31,242 bases of DNA from Alcaligenaceae bacterium (GCA_947380655.1 CANCRX010000035.1:1-31242); one strand, 5' to 3'; positions 24,478 to 30,595 are shown, numbered from the stretch's first letter. The notes: generated by a model from the letters alone, not told the origin. Numbers and translations: made by a program.

Positions 24478-26214
24478 TCAAACTAGGGCTGCGGTGTCTT
24501 GTAACTGTTCGGCTATTAAGGCCGCATCGCATTTAGGACAAAACTCGTGATGTCCAGATAAATAACCATGCGTTGGACAAATGGAAAAGGTAGGCGTGAC
24601 GGTGATGTAGGGAAGCCGGAAATTGGATAATGCGCGTCGGACAAGTTGTTTGCAGGCGTTCGCCGACGAAATCGCTTCATTCATGTACAGATGCAGCACC
24701 GTGCCGCCCGTATATTTCGATTGCAAGGTTTCTTGCAAGGTCAGTGCCTCAAAAGGATCATCCGTATAGTTGACCGGCAACTGGCTGGAGTTGGTGTAAT
24801 ACGGCTCCGCGTCGCTACCCGCCTGCAGAATGTCAGGCCAGCGTTTTTTGTCTTCACGGGCGAAACGATAGGTTGTCCCTTCGGCCGGAGTCGCCTCCAG
24901 GTTGTACATATGCCCTGTCTGCTCCTGAAACTGCGTCATCTGACTACGCACATGATCAAGCATTCTTTCGGCCATCGCCTGACCCTGCGGACTGGTGATA
25001 TCAAAACGATCATGCGTGAAATTTCGGATCATCTCGTTCAATCCATTCACTCCAAGCGTACTGAAATGATTTCTTAAGGTTCTCAAATAGCGCTTGGTGT
25101 AAGGGTACAGCCCTTTATCAATGTATTTCTGCACGACCGTTCTTTTCACTTCCAGTACATCGCGTCCCAAAACAAGCAGCTCTGTCAGGCGCTTGAGTAA
25201 ACCCGCTTCATCCCCAGCAAACAAATAACCCAAGCGCGCGCAATTGATCGTCACCACGCCGATGCTGCCGGTTTGTTCGGCGGAACCAAACAAACCATTG
25301 CCTCTTTTAAGCAGTTCGCGTAAATCCAGTTGAAGTCTGCAGCACATGGATCTGACCATGTGAGGCTGCAAATCCGAATTCAGAAAATTCTGGAAATAAG
25401 GCAAACCGTATTTGGCGGTCATTTCAAACAAACGCTCCGCATTCGGGTGATCCCAGTCAAAGTCAGGCGTGATGTTGTAGGTCGGAATCGGAAAGGTAAA
25501 CGCGCGCCCATGCGCATCGCCGCGCATCATGACTTCGATATAGGCGCGATTAATCATGTCCATTTCGTCTTGCAGCTCGCCATAACTGAAAGGCATTTCC
25601 TCGCCACCGATATACGGAATCTGTTCACGCAAATCCTGTGGACACGTCCAATCAAAAGTTAGATTGGTAAACGGTGTTTGCGTCCCCCACCGGCTAGGCA
25701 CATTCAGGTTGTAGACCATCTCCTGCAGACACTGCCTGACTTGCTCGTAGCGCATCTGGTCCTTGCGGATAAAAGGCGCCAGATAGGTATCGAACGAGCT
25801 AAACGCTTGTGCGCCCGCCCATTCGTTTTGAAGCGTCCCGAGAAAGTTCACGATCTGACCGACCGCGGCCGACAGATGCTTGGCGGGTGTTGCTTCAACC
25901 TTGCCCGGTACACCATTAAAACCTTCGTTCAACAACTGACGCAGTGACCAGCCTGCGCAATAACCTGCCAGCATATCGAGATCATGGATATGAAGATCAC
26001 CCTCTCGATGCGCCAGCCCGGCTTCAGGCGTAAAGACATGAGACAACCAGTAGTTTGCCGTGACCTTGCCCGCCACGTTCAAGATCAACCCACCCAGGCT
26101 GTAGCCTTGATTCGCATTGGCTTGAATGCGCCAGTCCCGCAAATCCAGATACTCATCCATCGCATGTTCGACATCAACGAATGTCTGTTTCGCAGTCTCT
26201 GAATGGCTTTGCAT
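24478..26214 (-). CDS. nrdD: Anaerobic (class III) ribonucleoside-triphosphate reductase large protein, lacking the glycyl-radical C-terminus (578 aa)
   Basis: NrdD-like sequence throughout, ending with the zinc-ribbon-like ICPTHGY...FCPKCD. GAGGTG lies 5 nt upstream of ATG 26214. The track start at 26253 is less likely. Confidence 0.9.
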   Translation of the reverse strand: MQSHSETAKQTFVDVEHAMDEYLDLRDWRIQANANQGYSLGGLILNVAGKVTANYWLSHVFTPEAGLAHREGDLHIHDLDMLAGYCAGWSLRQLLNEGFNGVPGKVEATPAKHLSAAVGQIVNFLGTLQNEWAGAQAFSSFDTYLAPFIRKDQMRYEQVRQCLQEMVYNLNVPSRWGTQTPFTNLTFDWTCPQDLREQIPYIGGEEMPFSYGELQDEMDMINRAYIEVMMRGDAHGRAFTFPIPTYNITPDFDWDHPNAERLFEMTAKYGLPYFQNFLNSDLQPHMVRSMCCRLQLDLRELLKRGNGLFGSAEQTGSIGVVTINCARLGYLFAGDEAGLLKRLTELLVLGRDVLEVKRTVVQKYIDKGLYPYTKRYLRTLRNHFSTLGVNGLNEMIRNFTHDRFDITSPQGQAMAERMLDHVRSQMTQFQEQTGHMYNLEATPAEGTTYRFAREDKKRWPDILQAGSDAEPYYTNSSQLPVNYTDDPFEALTLQETLQSKYTGGTVLHLYMNEAISSANACKQLVRRALSNFRLPYITVTPTFSICPTHGYLSGHHEFCPKCDAALIAEQLQDTAALV

Positions 26215-26300
26215 AAAACACCTCATCTTGTGTTGTTTGATTAACTCTATCACCAGATGTTGTGTTTTATTCTTTTCAAACCACTCTTTTTTTAAAATGC

Positions 26301-26314
26301 TTGATACCGGTCAA
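26301..26314. promoter_or_regulatory. FNR/ANR/Dnr-type box upstream of nrdD
   Basis: TTGATACCGGTCAA matches TTGAT-N4-ATCAA at 9/10 positions. Its centre lies about 93 nt upstream of the nrdD ATG, compatible with a class II promoter plus a leader of roughly 50 nt. Confidence 0.6.
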
Positions 26315-26337
26315 GCATGCAAGCGCGGCGCAACGAT

Positions 26338-26852
26338 TTAGGTCTGTTTTGCGCCACGCCGCTGCGCCATGCGCGTACCGATTTCTTGCAGGGTGTGCGG
26401 CTCAAGCAACTCAATGAAAGGATAAATTTCCGCTTCTTCGCAGTCCGCATGTTGCGGATAGGCTTGAATGAATTGCTTCAGCGTGTCTGGGGGCGAGGCT
26501 GCTTTTTTTTTTCGATCTGTTCAAGCCACTGCCGCACGTCGGCCCACAGGCTGGCCAGTTCTGTGTGTTCATCCTGCAAGCGGTGGATCGCCGCTGCGAG
26601 CACCTTTTTCTGATCACCTTGAAAGGCATCCTCGCTTAAGGCCAATAATGCGGGATACACATCCAAGTCTTCATCATCATGATGCAGCGGTGCTGCGATA
26701 TTGAAATACCGCAACACCTTTTGCGCCGCTTGCGCTGCGACATCATCCGCACCGTGCTGAGCGATATGCGCATGCAACTTATCAGTCAGGAGCGCAAAGC
26801 GCCTGACCTTTTCATGGCATAGCGTCAAAATCTCAACTGGAAGATCAAACAT
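26338..26852 (-). pseudogene. Hemerythrin-like (HHE cation-binding) gene interrupted by a frameshift in an A10 tract, or recoded
   Basis: The zero frame (124 aa) stops at 26478. The -1 frame after the A10 run (T10 at 26503-26512 on the plus strand) continues ...AASPPDTLKQFIQAYPQHADCEEAEIYPFIELLEPHTLQEIGTRMAQRRGAKQT to TAA at 26338-26340. This supplies the missing C-terminal His/Glu motif. Confidence 0.75.
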
Positions 26853-27537
26853 GTTGCTCAGAAATCTGCTTATCTTTCTCTTGAAAGAGAATGTTGTTTT
26901 CCAGATGGATATGCTGCATCAGGTCTTCTCTTAATTGGCTCAAACCAGCATACAACGCGCGCCAGGTATTGCATGCTTCAGCAGGCGGCGTGATGTCATT
27001 GGTCAGATATTCAAGACGCTCTAACGCTTCACCATGCTGATCGTGTTCAAACCGCATCATCGACACGGGAGCAGACACCTCAGAAGGCGATACGCGTCTG
27101 AGCATCGGAAACAACACTTGCTCTTCTTTCATCATATGGCTCTCAAGCTCTTGCTGCATATCGGCCAAATGATCGGCCAGACCAAGAGGACATGAGGGAC
27201 GATCGCCGTGCACCTGCTCCACTCTGCGTGCCAGTCGGATCAACTCGGGCAATTGCTCGCGATGCACTTCATGATAACGATGCAAAATATGATCGATCAA
27301 CGTATCAACCGGGACCTGACGCCAATCCTGATACGACGCGTTGCTCAATGCAGTCAGGCTTGAAAGCGCCTCTAAAAGCGGCAGGGGATCTTCCACCTTA
27401 CGGCGTTCAAGCGCCTCGCGCAGGCTTTTGCCGCCACCACAACAAAAATCCAGTTTGTATTGATGAAACACGCGCGTCGCGCCGGGAATTTCGCAAGCGA
27501 TGGAGCCAATCGTACGGTCAAGTAATTGTGTGCTCAT
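26845..27537 (-). CDS. ytfE: Iron-sulfur cluster repair di-iron protein (RIC/ScdA/YtfE family)
   Basis: 230 aa with the ScdA_N motif KLDFCCGGGKSL followed by hemerythrin-like His/Glu motifs. It overlaps the downstream hemerythrin gene start by 8 nt. Confidence 0.92.
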   Translation of the reverse strand: MSTQLLDRTIGSIACEIPGATRVFHQYKLDFCCGGGKSLREALERRKVEDPLPLLEALSSLTALSNASYQDWRQVPVDTLIDHILHRYHEVHREQLPELIRLARRVEQVHGDRPSCPLGLADHLADMQQELESHMMKEEQVLFPMLRRVSPSEVSAPVSMMRFEHDQHGEALERLEYLTNDITPPAEACNTWRALYAGLSQLREDLMQHIHLENNILFQEKDKQISEQHV

Positions 27538-27591
27538 GATGTGTTCCTTATTGACTTTGAAGAGGCACTTTCGTGCAGACCTCTAAACCAT

Positions 27592-27607
27592 TGCAATTAC
27601 CATGCCA
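27592..27607 (-). promoter_or_regulatory. Sigma-54 (-24/-12) promoter for the ytfE-hemerythrin operon
   Basis: The minus strand reads TGGCAT-GGTAA-TTGCA, against the consensus TGGCAC-N5-TTGCW. It lies about 55 nt upstream of ATG 27537. Confidence 0.8.
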
Positions 27608-27612
27608 ACAAT

Positions 27613-27625
27613 TAATTGATTGATT
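27613..27625 (-). promoter_or_regulatory. Possible IHF site
   Basis: The minus strand reads AATCAATCAATTA, which fits WATCAANNNNTTR. It lies between the NorR boxes and the sigma-54 promoter but rather close to the -24 element. Confidence 0.3.
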
Positions 27626-27647
27626 TTAAAGACTTATACCTTTACAA

Positions 27648-27706
27648 GGTATAAAATACCCTTTAATTAATTGTATTTTTTACCCTCATAAAGAGTATTT
27701 TTAACC
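27648..27706. promoter_or_regulatory. Three NorR-type GT-N7-AC enhancer boxes
   Basis: GGTATAAAATACC (27648-27660), GTATTTTTTACC (27673-27684) and GTATTTTTAACC (27695-27706). They are spaced 22-25 bp apart in the norR/ytfE divergent region. Confidence 0.75.
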
Positions 27707-27720
27707 ATCCCATTTTCCTA

Positions 27721-29307
27721 ATGATCATGCGACCAGGTGTTGAAGTTTCGATTGTCGCGGATCTGATTGCCGATCTGCCGCACGCCATCCGCGCCCAGCG
27801 ACTGGTCAACAGCATCCGTGAGTTTTTCGCCTGCGATGCTGTCGGACTTTTAAAAATCGACGGCGATAGCCTGACACCCGTCGCAATGCAAGGTCTCGCT
27901 CTTGAAGCGCTGGGGCGACGCTTTCTGATTGCTCAGCATGCGCGCCTGGCAAGCATTCTGTCCACGCGTGTCCCGGTCCGCTTTCTACCCGGCAATCCAC
28001 TGCCTGATCCCTATGATGGCTTGCTTGAACATCACGCGGACGAAGTGTTGCCGGTTCATGATTGCATGGGTATTAGTCTGTATCTTGAAGGGCAACTCTG
28101 GGGAGCCTTAACACTTGATGCCTTTGGCGGCAAAACCTTTAAAGAGTCCGATTTGGGCAAGCTGTCTTCCTTCGCCCTGCTCGTTCAGGCCGCTGTGCGC
28201 GTTTCTCAACTTGAGCAGGACAACCGTCATTTGCGCTTGCTGCGCGGCAATGAAAGCCCAATGCCTTTTATCGCACAGAAGCAAATGGAAATCGTTGGAC
28301 AAAGTCTCGTCCTGCAAAATCTGTTAAAAGAGCTCGATGTAGTCGCCGAGTCGGATCTGCCTGTTTTATTACTTGGTGAAACAGGTGTCGGCAAAGAACT
28401 GTTCGCGCAACGTATTCATCTGTCTTCGCCCCACCGTCAGGGCGCGCTGATCAAGGTCAACTGTGCGGCACTGCCGGAATCGCTCGCTGAAAGCGAATTA
28501 TTCGGTCACGTTAAAGGCGCGTTTTCCGGCGCAACAACAGACCGTACAGGTCGCATTGAAGCCGCGCAGAATGGCACGCTATTTCTAGATGAAGTGGGAG
28601 ATCTGCCACTCAGTATTCAGGCAAAACTGTTACGCACGCTACAGAACGGAGAAATCCAGAGACTAGGTGAAGACAAGTCCCGTCGGGTCAGCACCCGCAT
28701 TATTTCCGCCACTAACAGGCAACTGCAGGAGCAAGTTCGCAATGGCAGTTTCAGGGCCGATCTCTATCATCGGCTATCGGTCTATCCGGTTCATATTCCT
28801 CCCTTACGCGAGCGCGGCAGTGACATTCTGATTCTGGCGGGCCGTTTTCTTGAACTCAACCGGGCAAGGCTGGGCATGCGAAGCTTGCGCTTGTCCGAAC
28901 CCGCAGAGCGTGCGCTTTGCGCGTTTTCCTGGCCAGGCAATGTCCGTGAACTTGAACATGTCATGAGTCGAGCGGCGCTTCGTTGCTTAAGCTTAGGCGC
29001 CAATCGAAATGACATCATTACGATCGAGCCGGGCTTGCTGGCACTGGAAACGTTTGATGTAGCACCACACGAACACAACGCATCAAGTTCGCAAGATCCT
29101 TCAGGTCCCAACGCACACCGCTCTGCCGAAAACAATGCACCAGAACAAGTAGAGCAATCTTTGAGACAGGCAACAGAATTTTTTCAGCGTAAACAAATCC
29201 GCGCGCGTCTCGAACAACTCAACGGAAACTGGGCAGCCTGCGCGCGCAGCCTGGGGCTGGACACCAGCAATCTGCACAAGCTCGCTAAAAAACTCGGGCT
29301 GAAGTGA
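27721..29307 (+). CDS. norR: NO-responsive sigma-54-dependent transcriptional activator (GAF + AAA+ + Fis-type HTH)
   Basis: 528 aa with an N-terminal GAF-like domain, Walker A GETGVGKE, a GAFSGA (GAFTGA-like) loop and the C-terminal HTH ARSLGLDTSNLHKLAKKLGL. It is divergent from a sigma-54 promoter with NorR boxes. Confidence 0.9.
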   Translation: MIMRPGVEVSIVADLIADLPHAIRAQRLVNSIREFFACDAVGLLKIDGDSLTPVAMQGLALEALGRRFLIAQHARLASILSTRVPVRFLPGNPLPDPYDGLLEHHADEVLPVHDCMGISLYLEGQLWGALTLDAFGGKTFKESDLGKLSSFALLVQAAVRVSQLEQDNRHLRLLRGNESPMPFIAQKQMEIVGQSLVLQNLLKELDVVAESDLPVLLLGETGVGKELFAQRIHLSSPHRQGALIKVNCAALPESLAESELFGHVKGAFSGATTDRTGRIEAAQNGTLFLDEVGDLPLSIQAKLLRTLQNGEIQRLGEDKSRRVSTRIISATNRQLQEQVRNGSFRADLYHRLSVYPVHIPPLRERGSDILILAGRFLELNRARLGMRSLRLSEPAERALCAFSWPGNVRELEHVMSRAALRCLSLGANRNDIITIEPGLLALETFDVAPHEHNASSSQDPSGPNAHRSAENNAPEQVEQSLRQATEFFQRKQIRARLEQLNGNWAACARSLGLDTSNLHKLAKKLGLK

Positions 29308-29332
29308 TTTCTGCTGAAGTCGCGTCTGCTTA

Positions 29333-29520
29333 AGTAATGTCAGCCGAACCAAAGAGATGGCCACTCTTGAGAGCCTTGGTTCTTAGGTAACCCTGATTAT
29401 GCTGATTCGACGCGAACACATGTGGCAAGCGCTCGGCCACCTCAATGCCGTGACGGGCAGATAGCTGCGCTCGACCGTATCGAAGCCAGCATCCTGCAAA
29501 CGATAGCCGCCCACGTGTTC
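29333..29520 (-). pseudogene. ribA: Decayed fragment of GTP cyclohydrolase II (ribA): two frames, internal deletion, no N-terminus
   Basis: The frame at 29461-29520 reads EHVGGYRLQDAGFDTVERSY (compare E. coli RAYALQDQGYDTVEAN). The frame at 29333-29458 reads ARHGIEVAERLPHVFASNQHNQGYLRTKALKSGHLFG (compare [34 protein letters not shown]). About 40 codons are missing between them, and there are stops upstream. Confidence 0.6.
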
Positions 29521-29691
29521 CTAAGCGTGTGCTTGGACTAATCATAGCGAGATGCGAATAATTGAAAAACGAGGATTGTGCGGAAATCAGCGTGATAACT
29601 ACCATTCGCTTTAAATCGCTCATTAGATGCAGGTAAAGCCATGTACTATCCACGCCTGAGGAAGCGAGTTTATATATAACTTCAGCTTCCA

Positions 29692-29746
29692 CCACCATCT
29701 GAAACCTGAAAACCCCTGCGTTGATGCGCTGGGGTTTTTGCTTTTG
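29692..29746 (+). repeat. Left copy of a CCACCA-TCTGA-terminator module (includes a terminator hairpin at 29709-29738 plus a T-tract)
   Basis: ccaccatctgaaacctgaaaacccctgcgttgatgcgctggggtttttgcttttg aligns with 30416-30524 apart from an insertion of about 55 nt in the latter. An identical 21-mer, gcgctggggtttttgcttttg, occurs at 29726-29746 and 30504-30524. Confidence 0.8.
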
Positions 29747-29848
29747 TGGGTCTGTAACTGGATGTTTCTTTTCATGATTGCGATGGTTTGTACTAAAAAT
29801 CCACCTTCTGTATACTTGTACAATTTACAAGACAACTTCGAGTCAATC

Positions 29849-30106
29849 ATGCGGGTAATTAATTTTTCCGACGCCAGAAACCAATTTAAACAAGTCATTG
29901 ATCAAGTCGTGGCTGATTGCGACGTGGCAATTATTTCTCGTAGAGATGCTGAGGATGCAGTTGTCATGTCTCTAGATACCTACAACAGCATGATGGAAAC
30001 ATTGCACTTGATGAAATCTCCCGCGAACGTCAAACATCTGGAGAAATCATTAGCCCAGTACCGTAAGGGGCAAATTAAGGAAAAGGCTTTGGTAGATGCT
30101 AAGTGA
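29849..30106 (+). CDS. yefM: Phd/YefM-family antitoxin (85 aa)
   Basis: MRVINFSDARNQFKQVIDQVVADCDVAIISRRDAEDAVVMSLDTYNSMMETLHL is typical of YefM. The internal ATG 29849 is preferred over the track start at 29738. It overlaps the toxin gene by 11 nt. Confidence 0.9.
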   Translation: MRVINFSDARNQFKQVIDQVVADCDVAIISRRDAEDAVVMSLDTYNSMMETLHLMKSPANVKHLEKSLAQYRKGQIKEKALVDAK

Positions 30107-30359
30107 GCTCGTATGGACCAATGCAGCATGGTCTGATTATGTTTATTGGCAAGGTCAGGATAAGAAAACGCTCAAACGCATCAATCTATTGATCAAAGAA
30201 ACCATGCGCTCGCCTGAAGACGGCATAGGTAAGCCTGAAGCATTGAAAGAAAATCTATCTGGTTTATGGTCTAGACGCATAGATGATGTTAATCGTTTAG
30301 TCTATGCAATCGAAAAAGATCAATTAGTCGTTATCGCTTGTCGCTATCACTACGAGTAA
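30096..30359 (+). CDS. yoeB: YoeB/Txe-family mRNA interferase toxin (87 aa)
   Basis: Strong resemblance to E. coli YoeB (WSDYVYWQ...KRINLLIKE...GKPEALKENLSGLWSRRIDDVNRLVYAI...ACRYHY). Confidence 0.92.
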   Translation: MLSELVWTNAAWSDYVYWQGQDKKTLKRINLLIKETMRSPEDGIGKPEALKENLSGLWSRRIDDVNRLVYAIEKDQLVVIACRYHYE

Positions 30360-30373
30360 TCTATGTGCGATTA

Positions 30374-30421
30374 GGATTGAAAATCCTTGTGTCGGTGGTT
30401 CGATTACGCCCCGGGCCACCA
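30374..30421 (+). repeat. Direct repeat DR2: second copy of the tRNA-Phe 3-prime 48 nt (one mismatch, in the T stem)
   Basis: Identical to 8910-8957 except A at 30406 versus C at 8942, which would break a T-stem pair. The upstream sequence is the yoeB stop region, not a tRNA 5-prime half. Confidence 0.85.
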
Positions 30422-30449
30422 TCTGATTTCCTAAAAACCCTAGCGTTCT

Positions 30450-30499
30450 GAACTGACCCCAAAAGGTTGGATGGGTGTCCAACTTTATGGGGTCAGTTC
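30450..30499. repeat. 50-nt imperfect hairpin element inserted in the loop of the terminator that follows DR2
   Basis: GAACTGACCCC (30450-30460) pairs with GGGGTCAGTTC (30489-30499), and inner arms AAAGGTTGGA / TCCAACTTT also pair. It is absent from the otherwise matching left copy at 29692-29746. Confidence 0.7.
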
Positions 30500-30580
30500 A
30501 TTCGCGCTGGGGTTTTTGCTTTTGATATTACGCATCTAGATGCGGGACGCCATCGAAATTGGGTAATCTCATCAAAGAGT

Positions 30581-30595
30581 GTCCTTTAAAAGGAC
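30581..30595. repeat. Dispersed palindrome copy 6 (GTCCTTTAAAAGGAC, 15 bp)
   Basis: Same 7-bp arms as copies 1-5. Its flanks (caaag..tGTCC...GGACga) resemble copy 1. It lies outside both DRs, about 140 nt upstream of the DUF1254-like gene. Confidence 0.85.

Larger units (their letters stand above)
8958..30421. mobile_element. Candidate integrase-less (cis-mobilisable) island carrying nitrate respiration, class III RNR and NO-stress genes
   Basis: Bounded by DR1 and DR2, which are in the same orientation, have the same left boundary and are 47/48 identical. There is no recombinase inside, and a toxin-antitoxin pair sits at the right edge. Sampled lines look GC-richer than both flanks. See findings; this is inference. 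Confidence 0.35.

Noticed and set aside
24458-24532. N-terminal extension of the glycyl-radical ORF (the 92-aa track version) overlapping the nrdD 3-prime end
   Set aside because: The extension is R/S-rich and overlaps nrdD. A canonical AGGAG sits in front of the internal ATG 24457. The open frame is still noted as the reason a single indel could fuse the genes.
26254-26629. Plus-strand 98-aa and 71-aa ORFs and a minus-strand 72-aa ORF between nrdD and the hemerythrin gene
   Set aside because: They overlap the restored hemerythrin reading frame or the nrdD promoter region. Their translations are low-complexity, so they are shadow ORFs.
29330-29698. 122-aa minus-strand ORF as a real gene
   Set aside because: Only the C-terminal third resembles any protein (the RibA C-terminus). 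The rest looks like non-coding sequence read in a fortuitously open frame. I re-interpreted it as a pseudogene fragment.
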